A DNA stretch of 64,000 bases from an uncultured virus (IMG/VR IMGVR_UViG_3300033463_000098) (lineage: Duplodnaviria; Heunggongvirae; Uroviricota; Caudoviricetes): IMG/VR virus record IMGVR_UViG_3300033463_000098; one strand, given 5' to 3'. The position numbers and the translations under genes were made by a program. Of this stretch, positions 29,113 through 38,419 are shown in pieces; the stretch's first letter is position 1; every line of letters begins with the position of its first letter. The notes under the pieces are model-generated. The model was not told the origin of the DNA, ran no database searches, and saw only the letters and a program-made list of their open reading frames with translations.

Positions 29113-29421
29113 TTAGCACCATGCTAACCCCATTGTGCGCCAGTTGAGAATTGAAAGTTGGTTACATTCGCGGCCGATTTTCATTGCTTCACGCTTTGTG
29201 TTAACGCGTTTGGATTTATCAATGTAATAAATCCCGTCGCTGTACCAAATGCCGCAATTGCCTTTGTATGCTTTTACGGCGTTAATTGCTTCGCGTGCGT
29301 CTTTGGTTTCGATGCCTTCGGTTGCTACTTGCCATCCGGTTTTATAGGTGATGATTTTCCCGCGCTTCAAAGTCAGGCCGTCATTGTTAGAGAGCTTGCG
29401 AATGGTACGAATGTTAATCAT
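29113..29421 (-). CDS. hypothetical phage protein
   Basis: MINIRTIRK after GAGAGG. Confidence 0.7.
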   Translation of the reverse strand: MINIRTIRKLSNNDGLTLKRGKIITYKTGWQVATEGIETKDAREAINAVKAYKGNCGIWYSDGIYYIDKSKRVNTKREAMKIGRECNQLSILNWRTMGLAWC

Positions 29422-29546
29422 GGTGGAAACCTCTCTTTCGTTTGTTTCTGATATGATTATACACCTTGGGCATACGATTGTCAAGTTAAAAGTGTGTAAA
29501 CTATATAGCCCGGATAATATAATTAACATTGAGTTTACGAAAAGTA

Positions 29547-29783
29547 TCACCCATGTGGGTGATACTCATATCGTGCGCACATAGACGCGTAACGATAAGC
29601 GACACGGTAAAGATCGCTGTCGTTAAGCGGCTGGATGTAAGTTGGGTAGGGTTCGCCGCTTTCATAGATAGCGGCATGGCGTGCGCCGTCAATAACGACA
29701 AATTTAACACGCACATAGCAAGTCTTGCCCTGAAGAGAAAAGCCATCAACATCACGAAACATCAACATAACAACAACCTCCAA
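29547..29783 (-). CDS. hypothetical protein (start uncertain)
   Basis: fills a cassette between promoter and hairpin. Confidence 0.5.
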   Translation of the reverse strand: MEVVVMLMFRDVDGFSLQGKTCYVRVKFVVIDGARHAAIYESGEPYPTYIQPLNDSDLYRVAYRYASMCARYEYHPHG

Positions 29784-29904
29784 TATCTTGATTACAGTAA
29801 CAGTATAACATAAAAAGTAAAATAAAGCAAGTTAATTGTACGTAAAATATATAGCCCGGGCAATATAATTAACATAGCAATAATAAAAAAAGAATTGAGT
29901 TACC

Positions 29905-30048
29905 TCAATTCTTTACAACGATTTTGAGAAACCAAAGATATTGTGGCTGTTCATAAGACAGATAATCAACCGCAATGCGCGCTTTAAGTTTATCATAGAA
30001 AACGATGGTCTTTGTTTCTGCGGTATTGGTTACGATGTACTTTGTCAT
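29905..30048 (-). CDS. small hypothetical protein
   Basis: MTKYIVTN after GGGAGG. Confidence 0.6.
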   Translation of the reverse strand: MTKYIVTNTAETKTIVFYDKLKARIAVDYLSYEQPQYLWFLKIVVKN

Positions 30049-30187
30049 GATTTTATCCTCCCTTGATTTATTGACTATATTATACCACAACAAGAAAAGA
30101 AAAGCAATGATTCTAAATGTAAAATTTGGGGAAATTAAAAAGCCCGGGGTATATAATTAACATTTGTATAATAAAAAATTTGAGGGA

Positions 30188-30373
30188 TTAATCCCTCAAA
30201 TCTTTTTCTGAAATGATGGTCATGCTGCCGAAAAGGTAGATAGTCGGATCATAAATCTTGTTGCGGTTGTTCCACAGGAAATTGCGGGCGGCGCGAGTAG
30301 TGTAGAAGAATTCGTCCTTGAGATCAAAAGAGTTCATGTCGATGTAGTAGATGACATAAAGCGGAAGATTCAT
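30188..30373 (-). CDS. small hypothetical protein (paralog of 31193)
   Basis: shared FYTTRAARNFLWNNRNKI. Confidence 0.75.
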   Translation of the reverse strand: MNLPLYVIYYIDMNSFDLKDEFFYTTRAARNFLWNNRNKIYDPTIYLFGSMTIISEKDLRD

Positions 30374-30489
30374 AGTGACAACCTCTTTTCTTGATTTCTT
30401 GAGTATAGTATACCATATACATACGGAAAAGTCAAATTAAATAATGGTAAACTATAATGCCCGGGATATGTATTTAACATAGATATAAT

Positions 30490-30662
30490 AAAAACCGTGG
30501 CGGTTAGCTACTCTGCCACGGTTGGCTCAAACATTACTGATTCGCCACATCAGCAGGGAACGGTTCTCCAAATTTGGGCATCCCATTTCTACCGCCAAGT
30601 AGTGGTTAGCCCTTGCATCAGTAGGGCGGCATCCTATCAACGCTCCTCTCTCCCTTTCGACA
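30490..30662 (-). ncRNA. possible sRNA (or 37-aa TTG-start peptide) cassette
   Basis: TTGACT-17-TATAAT promoter, GC-rich body, ACCGTGGC...GCCACGGT-TTTT terminator. Confidence 0.4.
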
Positions 30663-30758
30663 AGTCTATTATAGCAAAAAATCCAATAGAAGTCAAGTTA
30701 AAAGCAAGTAAAATAGAATGAACGTACAATGTAATTAACATAAATAAAAAAATTGGGA

Positions 30759-31046
30759 TTACTCCCAATTTTCAATATATCCACTATAACGAATATTGAT
30801 GATAATATCATCATAAATTATTTCTGTTCCGTTATCTTCCATAATCGCGGCGATAATATCGCCCTTTTCATAATCTTCAATGTCGCTCCACAACCATTCA
30901 TTCCCATTAAAATCAATAAGAATGAGCATGTTTTGCGCGCGATCAATGTCATTTACAAAAAAGGTTTGCGGGTAAATTTCGGCGCGAGCGGTAGAAAAAG
31001 CAACGACCATAGCAAACAGAGCAATGATGGCGATAAACTTCTTCAT
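30759..31046 (-). CDS. secreted/exported small protein
   Basis: signal peptide MKKFIAIIALFAMVVAFSTARA|E. Confidence 0.75.
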   Translation of the reverse strand: MKKFIAIIALFAMVVAFSTARAEIYPQTFFVNDIDRAQNMLILIDFNGNEWLWSDIEDYEKGDIIAAIMEDNGTEIIYDDIIINIRYSGYIENWE

Positions 31047-31192
31047 AAATATTCTCCTTCTGGTTTTTAAGTGTTTCCTTCACTTGTTGTATATAGTATA
31101 ACACGAGATTATTATAGAGTCAAGTTAAATAATTGTAAAGGGCAATAAACGTACATTCTATTTAACATTGAAATAATAAAAGAAATGAAGGA

Positions 31193-31378
31193 TTAATCCT
31201 TCAAATCTTTTTCGGAAATTTCAGTCATGCTGCTGAAAAGATAGATAATTACATCATGAATTTTGTTACGATTATTCCAAAGAAAATTGCGGGCGGCGCG
31301 GGTAGTATAGAAATAACGGTAAATCGCGGCATTAGTGTTGTTGTCAATGTAATCAATAGAATACAGAGGGAGACTCAT
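31193..31378 (-). CDS. small hypothetical protein (paralog of 30188)
   Basis: MSLPLY...SEKDLKD. Confidence 0.75.
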   Translation of the reverse strand: MSLPLYSIDYIDNNTNAAIYRYFYTTRAARNFLWNNRNKIHDVIIYLFSSMTEISEKDLKD

Positions 31379-31439
31379 AGTAAATACCTCATTTTCGGGA
31401 TTGTTGGTTGCTTTCCTTTGGAACAATTATATTATAGCA

Positions 31440-31690
31440 AATGAAAATGAAATTGTCAATATGAAATTAGGAAATTTAATTTGAAATTAACATAAGTTTG
31501 GGGGTATTAAAAATGAAAATGAAATTGCATTTTAGGAATATAAAATGAAATTAAAATTGAAATTGAAATTATGGGAAATGAAAATGAAATTGCATAATGG
31601 GATATTTCATATTAAATAAAAATGAAATTTCAGGAAAATGTTTAAAAATGAAATTCTAAAAAATATTACAATAAAATAAAATGAAATTGC
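31440..31690 (+). repeat. AAATGAAATT(G) repeat tract
   Basis: more than 10 copies; the same word occurs at 15478-15500 and 15560-15577. Confidence 0.75.
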
Positions 31691-31869
31691 ACGTGTAAAC
31701 ATAAAGTAAAGAATAAAGTACGTGTATTTGAATTAACATAATTATAACAGATAATTTTATTTAGTATTATGTTTATTATTGCTATTATTTTTAGTACGTT
31801 ATATAAATTTATGTTTTTATATATTAATGTGTTTTTATATAGAGTTAATAAAATATTAAATAGTATAAT

Positions 31870-31907
<38 letters not shown>

Positions 31908-32032
31908 AATTATAATATTATTTATTTTGTTATTAATATTATTACAATTAATAATATTGCTGAGTATTTTTATTATTATTATTATTAATTATGTTTATTT
32001 AATTTATTTATTTTATAAATTAATAAATTATA

Positions 32033-32203
32033 TTAATGGAAAAAAGCTGGCAAAAGAATTAAGAATAAAAGTGCGATAATTAGAGTAATACTATCAAAAA
32101 TATAACCGCTAATCAACAATATAACTTTTTTAATATCGTTAAAAGTTAACCTATAAAACCACATTTTAATTTTATAAGAAAAGGAATTTCGAGAACGTTT
32201 CAT
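32033..32203 (-). CDS. small membrane protein
   Basis: MKRSRNSF...ITLIIALLFLILLPAFFH; AAGGAG RBS. Confidence 0.55.
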   Translation of the reverse strand: MKRSRNSFSYKIKMWFYRLTFNDIKKVILLISGYIFDSITLIIALLFLILLPAFFH

Positions 32204-32446
32204 GGCTTATATCTCCTTTTTGTTTCTATACATATATTATACTATAGTTTTATTATAAAAGCAAGTATAAAATTAAAGCTATATTATGACAAAATATTTA
32301 TAAGATTTAATTTTTAAGTCTAATTTATTTTAATTTTATGTTAATTGTATTCAACGCGCATTTCAATTTACTTTTTTTTAACTTGACATTTCATTTCCAT
32401 TTTGCTATAATATGTATAACACAGAAAAGAAAGGGGATTTTTTAAA

Positions 32447-32587
32447 ATGAAAGTTTACGTTATTGATTGCAATGGTTTTCAAGGTAGTGCTTACTATTCT
32501 CGTTTTGATGAAGCGCAAGCCGCGGCCATTTGGCGTACTAATTGCACAGGTATGGAATGGAAAGTGCGGGAGTTAATACTCCCGTAA
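32447..32587 (+). CDS. small hypothetical protein
   Basis: TTGACA-17-TATAAT, AAAGGGG RBS, MKVYVIDCNG... Confidence 0.65.
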   Translation: MKVYVIDCNGFQGSAYYSRFDEAQAAAIWRTNCTGMEWKVRELILP

Positions 32588-32710
32588 TTTCATTTTAAGT
32601 TTATGTTAACTGCACTGCACGTTGTTTATATTTTACAATTTTTTAACTTGACTTTTCATTCTCAATATGCTATAATCATTCTAGAAACAAACGAAAGGGG
32701 ATTTCCTAAA

Positions 32711-32860
32711 ATGACTAAGCATAATACCGTTCGCGTGTGGGAAGATTTGACCGATCAGGAACAGATTTATATGTGGTGGGGCTATAACGCGGCAAATCCC
32801 GATGATCCAGTTTCATTTCCAACTTTTGATGAAATGATGCAGGGATTCACTTTTGAGTGA
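32711..32860 (+). CDS. small hypothetical protein
   Basis: MTKHNTVRVW after promoter and AAAGGGG. Confidence 0.65.
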   Translation: MTKHNTVRVWEDLTDQEQIYMWWGYNAANPDDPVSFPTFDEMMQGFTFE

Positions 32861-32940
32861 ATCCCATAATTTATATTATCATAATGTTAATTATATAGCA
32901 CGTAAATTTTAATTAACATAATTTTAAAATAAATGGTATG

Positions 32941-33126
32941 TTAAACATACCATTTCATAATATGCATTGCTTCTTGAATCTCGCGGCACGACCACGTTTC
33001 AAACGTAATTATTAAATAACCATCTTCAAGTCGTTCCGTCATGTAATCAAGTCCGGCATCTGCCAACTGCTCATACATGTGCTCAAGAGAAGAATTGATC
33101 TCAATGATAAAAGACTTTACGAACAT
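32941..33126 (-). CDS. small hypothetical protein
   Basis: promoter and GAGG RBS. Confidence 0.65.
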   Translation of the reverse strand: MFVKSFIIEINSSLEHMYEQLADAGLDYMTERLEDGYLIITFETWSCREIQEAMHIMKWYV

Positions 33127-33307
33127 TTGGAATTTACCTCGCTTTCCTAACTTTCAAGAATATCCTATCATACAAATTCCAAAATGTCAAGTTAATTGAT
33201 TGTTAATTACAATGGACGTACTGTATATTTTACATACTTTTTACTTGACATTTCGTAAATGATATGATATACTATTTATAGAATTAAAGAAAGGAATGGT
33301 ATCCCGA

Positions 33308-33571
33308 ATGAAAAAGATTATTCTTGCGGTTGTCCTGTGTGCTCTTGCTTGCCTATGCCTCACTGGTTGTCAACTTGGGAACCGTCAGATCGGTTTTGAC
33401 ACCAAGCAACGATTTGATGAAGCCATTATCTTTACGCCAACATATGAAGTTGTTAGCGGTGACATCGAATCATGGCGCGATTTTTCCGAGTCGGATGTTG
33501 TACAAGTTACTATCGGCGGTGTCACTTATCTTACACATTACAGTAATGTCATCCTGATTAGGCATAATTAA
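33308..33571 (+). CDS. phage lipoprotein
   Basis: MKKIILAVVLCALACLCLTGC lipobox. Confidence 0.75.
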   Translation: MKKIILAVVLCALACLCLTGCQLGNRQIGFDTKQRFDEAIIFTPTYEVVSGDIESWRDFSESDVVQVTIGGVTYLTHYSNVILIRHN

Positions 33572-33656
33572 CGCGAGCAATCGCGTTTTTCTTTATGATA
33601 ATGTTAATTTTATTACACGTTCTATTGAATTAACATAAATATAATAAAGCGTAGAT

Positions 33657-33920
33657 TCAATATCTACGCTTTTTGTTTTTAAGATGTTTAGCGCTTTGCT
33701 GGTTAAAACGTTCATAAGCGCTGATTTTACGATATTCTCTATATTCTGTTTCGGTGATTTCCTTGCCATAGATTGCCATGCGTGTATGCTTAACGCTCGG
33801 CATCTTGCGCGCGATGTCGCACGCTTCAAGTAAGTTGTTTGCCGCGATTGCGAACTTGATCTCAGTGCTGTGGCCTACGCCGCAATGACCTCTGTGACAC
33901 ATGACCATGTAGAACTTCAT
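33657..33920 (-). CDS. hypothetical protein
   Basis: MKFYMVMCHRGHCGVG...MPSVKH. Confidence 0.7.
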   Translation of the reverse strand: MKFYMVMCHRGHCGVGHSTEIKFAIAANNLLEACDIARKMPSVKHTRMAIYGKEITETEYREYRKISAYERFNQQSAKHLKNKKRRY

Positions 33921-34212
33921 TGGAAAAACCCCTTTCGTTTGTTTCTATATATATTATATACAATTAGAGAACAGATGTCAAGTAAAGATACAATTAAGAT
34001 TATTGCACGCACTTTTTTCTTTAAGTAAAATTAACTTTAGTTTTTATTTTATTTCAATATTTTTAATTTATATTTAGCATTTTAATAACTTGATTATCCG
34101 TTTTATTATATTTTAATTTTTATTTATGTCTTTAAATTTTGCTCTCATTTTCAAGCTGCTCTCTTATTCCCATTCTCAACTCCAACTCCGTATTTTATTT
34201 TCGGCTCTAGGT

Positions 34213-34338
34213 CCAGCCCCAGCCCAGCTTCCAGCCCGGCCCAGCCTCCAGCTCACCCCAGCTTGCAGCCTAATCCCAGCTTCCAGCTTCCAGCTTCCAT
34301 AAGAACTTCCAGCTTGCAGCTTCCAGCTTGCAGCTTCC
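34213..34338 (+). repeat. CCAGC(T)-rich short repeat tract
   Basis: about 14 (C/G)CAGC words, e.g. CCAGCTTCCAGCTTCCAGCTT. Confidence 0.85.
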
Positions 34339-34406
34339 TCACACGTATAAGGTCCGGCGGGCGCGGGCGCTGTCGCTCTTGGCCTGCACTGTATGCATGG
34401 ATCCCG

Positions 34407-34566
34407 GAATACGTGTATCATTGTATACAATGATACATGTGTGCGCGAATACGTGTATGCTTGTATACAATGATACATGCGTGCGAGAATACATGTATAC
34501 AATGATACATGTATATGCAACTTTGAGTTGCTTGCAACTTTGAGTTGCTTGCAACTTTAAGTTGCA
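34407..34566 (+). repeat. 40-bp direct repeats containing a 24-bp palindrome, then three 17-bp palindromic repeats
   Basis: GAATACGTGTATnnTTGTATACAATGATACATGnGTGCG x2 plus a partial copy; TGCAACTTTRAGTTGCW x3 at 34516, 34533, 34550. Confidence 0.85.
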
Positions 34567-35046
34567 TTTTTGTCTTTTGTCCAAATGTTTCATTTTTGTT
34601 ACACTCCGTCATATTTCTGTAATATCCTGATTTCATGTTCATTGTAACATGGCTTGTTAAAAAACGAATGAAAAAGAGTGTACAGCAATTTTTTTAACGT
34701 TTTTAGTGTACAGTATTTATAAATTTTTTGTCTAGTAGCACTAAACTTTGGAACATAAAAAAACTAATAAGGTTTAGTATTTATAAACTTTTGCGTCTAT
34801 AATATAGAACAATATTAGAGCTGATTTTTTCTTTATTCTGAAAAGAACACGTAAAGAAACGCATTTTTTGTTGTGCAATATGTATAATAAAAATATAGCT
34901 ATTTTATGCGCCTGGACGATTTTTGTTAATTTTTTTGGCAAGGGTGTTGACAGATTTTTGACTCTTTACTATAATGATTATACTAGCAATATGACTAGCA
35001 CAATCGAACACGCGACGCGGCGTAAAGCGTAGGAAGGAAGGATAGT

Positions 35047-35472
35047 ATGTTGTATTTCACGCTTGACCATGAACTTTTTCTCAACGGTGTTTCTCGCGTT
35101 GTCTACGATAACGTATGGAACCACATTGAACTCAATCCGCGCTTTGACTTTGGTGATTTTCGCGTGAACTTCGATTTAGATGTTGTTGCATGGATTGATG
35201 CCGAACAGTCTAATTGCATCATTGACAAGGTGAATGTCTCTGCATGGGTGTACGAACATTCCATTATTGAAGTAGATGTGAATGTGTATGGTCACGATGT
35301 AGAATTTGGAAAGCTTAATCCAGATTTCTCCAAAGCGATTGATTGCAATAGGCCTATTGACAACACAGTGCTATACAGAATGATAGTTGAGATTGTCAAA
35401 AAATCGGCAGGAATTGCGGCGTTTGAAGTAACACACAACATAACTAATGAATGGAGCCTTGAAGGGTTTTGA
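35047..35472 (+). CDS. hypothetical protein
   Basis: upstream TTGAC/TATAAT boxes and AGGAAGG RBS. Confidence 0.7.
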   Translation: MLYFTLDHELFLNGVSRVVYDNVWNHIELNPRFDFGDFRVNFDLDVVAWIDAEQSNCIIDKVNVSAWVYEHSIIEVDVNVYGHDVEFGKLNPDFSKAIDCNRPIDNTVLYRMIVEIVKKSAGIAAFEVTHNITNEWSLEGF

Positions 35473-35975
35473 CAGCTAACACGCCCACAATTAACCGAAC
35501 ACATAACGACAGAATAAGAAGGGAGTTAATTACAATGACGATGGCGCTTAAGATGTTCCTTGCTTATATCCGTGTGCTTGCAATTGATTTTTTCGCGGTG
35601 CCGATTGAAAAACCGGATGGATTATATATTGGTTTAATTGCTCCGGATATTTTCGCGGCGGCTTTTGGTTCAAAATTGATTTATCGTAGGAAGGGAGAAC
35701 GTTTTGCACGTCTGCGGAGAATGTACAGCCCTATTAACGTTTGTCCCGTATTGCGTCCCGTTTTGCAAGTAAAGACAATATATAAACGTTTGAATGACGT
35801 CCCGCCGCATTGTGGAATGGTAGCGCGCGGTTTTGAAAAGGTAGTTGCGGAAACTTTGGGCGGTGAACACGTGGGAGATGATGCCGGGAATGTGGATGTG
35901 ATTCATCAAGTATATGGAAGAATAGAAATTAAGGTGGGAGAGGGTAGGTTATATTATGCAGGGACAATAAAATGA
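35469..35975 (+). CDS. hypothetical protein, possible PD-(D/E)xK nuclease
   Basis: GFEKVVAE...NVDV...RIEIKV near the C-terminus. Confidence 0.45.
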   Translation: MTANTPTINRTHNDRIRRELITMTMALKMFLAYIRVLAIDFFAVPIEKPDGLYIGLIAPDIFAAAFGSKLIYRRKGERFARLRRMYSPINVCPVLRPVLQVKTIYKRLNDVPPHCGMVARGFEKVVAETLGGEHVGDDAGNVDVIHQVYGRIEIKVGEGRLYYAGTIK

Positions 35976-35982
35976 TAGGACA

Positions 35983-36012
35983 AAAAAGCAAGGTTCAAAC
36001 CTTGCTTTTTTT
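35983..36012 (+). terminator. Rho-independent terminator
   Basis: AAAGCAAGGTT-ca-AACCTTGCTTT followed by a T run. Confidence 0.75.
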
Positions 36013-36219
36013 ATGCCTTTATTGTATACAAAGCCTATAGGCGGGCTATGTTTCGTGTATCTGCCTATGCTGATTCCAGGCGACCAGGGCCCCTCCCCAA
36101 CTCCCACCAACCCAAAAAATCTGCATCTATTCCACAACCCAAATACTTGACAAATTCTAAAAAATATGTTATCATCCATAGTGAAGGAAGTTGTATCTCC
36201 CAAACGGAGATGTAAGCAA

Positions 36220-37521
36220 ATGAAAAAAAAGTACTCACTCGACTATTCCATTGAACGTGACATCGACCGTCTTCGCGCGGTAGAAGAAACCCTTGACACG
36301 CTCGAAACCAACCCCTCAAATTCTGAATTAGAACAAATGGCCTCCTACATTCTATACGGCAAGGATGAGGAGGGCAAAAACGCAATACAGCGCGGCGAAA
36401 CAACCGATAGCGACAAACGCTACAAATCATTTCAGCGTGCGGCGGACAAAAATCAATCTCTTGATGAAATATTAGAAAATCCATTAGCTGACCAACAGGC
36501 GCTTCAAACCTTGGAAACCCGCTACATATATACTAAGAAAAAGCCCTCCATAAAAAAACCAAAATATGACGCTAATGGGAACCTTATAGACCCCGGCGAC
36601 AGCGATATTCCCGGTATGGTAGAACTTTGGAACGACATTGCGCGCTTAGACCACATCGCGCAAGTAAATGAGGGCAAAATACCACCCGACGAAGATACCC
36701 AAATCTTCACTGATTCCTATCGTTTCTACCAATTTAAACATGCCCTAATAGATATTAAAAGGCATCAATATTATTTGAAAGATGCCTACAAACCCACCCT
36801 TCACTTCCTCGCTATCACCCCGCCCAAAGCCCAAACCTACAATTGGGACGTGGATTCTTATTACTGGATGCCGCTAGATAAATGGCAAACACGAGTGGAT
36901 AACGCCCTCCTACACACTATCTCCAAAAATATAGAGGACTATGAAACTCGCCAAAACGAAAAAGGCGAAACAGAAGTAAAATGGGTAGTGCGCCAGCACC
37001 ATTTTGATTGGGAAGACCCCGCGCACATAAAGGCTTTAATAAACCATTATAGTAATTTATATATGGAATTGCGCGAAAAACTTGATAGTTGGGGCCGCAC
37101 CCTACTATATGACTTTGACCGCTACTTTGATATGGCAGGCTTCTCACCAGTGCGCGAATACATACTCACCCGCAAGATAGATAAAGCGTCTTATCCTGAA
37201 ATAGTAGAGGAACTACAAACTAAATTCGGCCTAAAATATAATGAAAATCACCTATGCACCATTCTTTCCAAAGAAATACCAGAGAAAATGGCACTCGCGG
37301 CAAAAAAGCATCGTATGCTCTTAACCACCCCGCAAGAAGAACGTAAACGTTGTTTTACCTGTAAACAATGGCTCCCACGCAACAACTACTTCTTCGCTAC
37401 AAACAACAGCCGCAAGGATAAATTCGCCTCTAATTGTAAAGAGTGCGAGCGCAAGAAAAGAGTAGCAAAAGGAGGTCAGACAAATTATGACAGACGTAAT
37501 AAAGACTCGCAAGTGCTATAA
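36220..37521 (+). CDS. phage protein with C-terminal HTH-like and CxxC Zn-finger regions
   Basis: start MKKKYSLDY after GGAG; CFTCK...CKEC; lies upstream of the terminase. Confidence 0.7.
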   Translation: MKKKYSLDYSIERDIDRLRAVEETLDTLETNPSNSELEQMASYILYGKDEEGKNAIQRGETTDSDKRYKSFQRAADKNQSLDEILENPLADQQALQTLETRYIYTKKKPSIKKPKYDANGNLIDPGDSDIPGMVELWNDIARLDHIAQVNEGKIPPDEDTQIFTDSYRFYQFKHALIDIKRHQYYLKDAYKPTLHFLAITPPKAQTYNWDVDSYYWMPLDKWQTRVDNALLHTISKNIEDYETRQNEKGETEVKWVVRQHHFDWEDPAHIKALINHYSNLYMELREKLDSWGRTLLYDFDRYFDMAGFSPVREYILTRKIDKASYPEIVEELQTKFGLKYNENHLCTILSKEIPEKMALAAKKHRMLLTTPQEERKRCFTCKQWLPRNNYFFATNNSRKDKFASNCKECERKKRVAKGGQTNYDRRNKDSQVL

Positions 37522-38419
37522 GTGTAAGCAAGAAAAGCCTGAATACGATTTTGTGCGTTCTCCCTCCAAATTTCTACCTCATGGCCGCAGTTATATTTGT
37601 ACCTCTTGTTTGGAGAAAATGGTAGCCCAGGATAATATGAATGAGGTGGATAAACTTTGTCAATTTTTGGATGTACCATTTGATATTAATGCGTATACTG
37701 CCCTATACAAAATACACGGCGACCGCACCTTATCCGCTTACTTTAACACCTTACTTGACGACCACTATGCTTCTACTTCATGGGCTGATGAAAATGAAAG
37801 ATGGCGCATCGCGCGCGAACAAGGTACATTTGACGATGAAGTAAAAGAATTGAGTGAAGCGAAAATGGTGCGATTGAAAAAAACTTGGTCTCCCGCTTAT
37901 TCAACCGATGATCTTCTTTTCCTAGAAGACTACTACAACCAAATCATTGCAACACAAAACGTTTCCACTCCTATTCTCCAGCACTATGCGCGCGACCTTT
38001 GTGAAATAGAATTGCGCATTAAAAAAGGTTTGCGCGAAGGCGCTGATATAAAAAAGGATATGGACGCGCGCGATAATATAATAAAAATTGCAAGATTTGA
38101 AGCATCTAATGCGAAAAACGCAGCTGACTTTGAATCTGTAGGTGAACTTATGGTTTACTACGGCAAAAAAGGTTGGCATCCAAAATGGCACTCTGAACCT
38201 AAAGATAGTGTAGACTTTATGATGCAAAATGTGCAAAATTATTTGAAGCGCTTAGTCACTAATGAGGGTAATTTTGCGGAACAAGTAGAAGAAAAGCGCG
38301 AACGCTATAATATGACGGAGCGTTTAGAAGATATTGAAAATGAGGCGGTAGATTTTGATGAAACTGCGGACGTGGAGTTTGAGGGCGATGCAGATTTAGC
38401 CCGTGAGTTAGATGGATGA
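37487..38419 (+). CDS. Zn-finger packaging-region protein (possible terminase small subunit)
   Basis: CYKC...CTSC; immediately upstream of and overlapping TerL. Confidence 0.5.
   Translation: MTDVIKTRKCYKCKQEKPEYDFVRSPSKFLPHGRSYICTSCLEKMVAQDNMNEVDKLCQFLDVPFDINAYTALYKIHGDRTLSAYFNTLLDDHYASTSWADENERWRIAREQGTFDDEVKELSEAKMVRLKKTWSPAYSTDDLLFLEDYYNQIIATQNVSTPILQHYARDLCEIELRIKKGLREGADIKKDMDARDNIIKIARFEASNAKNAADFESVGELMVYYGKKGWHPKWHSEPKDSVDFMMQNVQNYLKRLVTNEGNFAEQVEEKRERYNMTERLEDIENEAVDFDETADVEFEGDADLARELDG

Noticed and set aside
30520..30625. Hammerhead ribozyme from CTGATG motifs
   Set aside because: It lacks the CUGAnGA...GAAA core with properly paired stems.
34176..34642. ORFs 34176-34520, 34328-34543, 34339-34593 and 34418-34642
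   Set aside because: They are translations of the repeat tracts, with no RBS and repetitive peptides.
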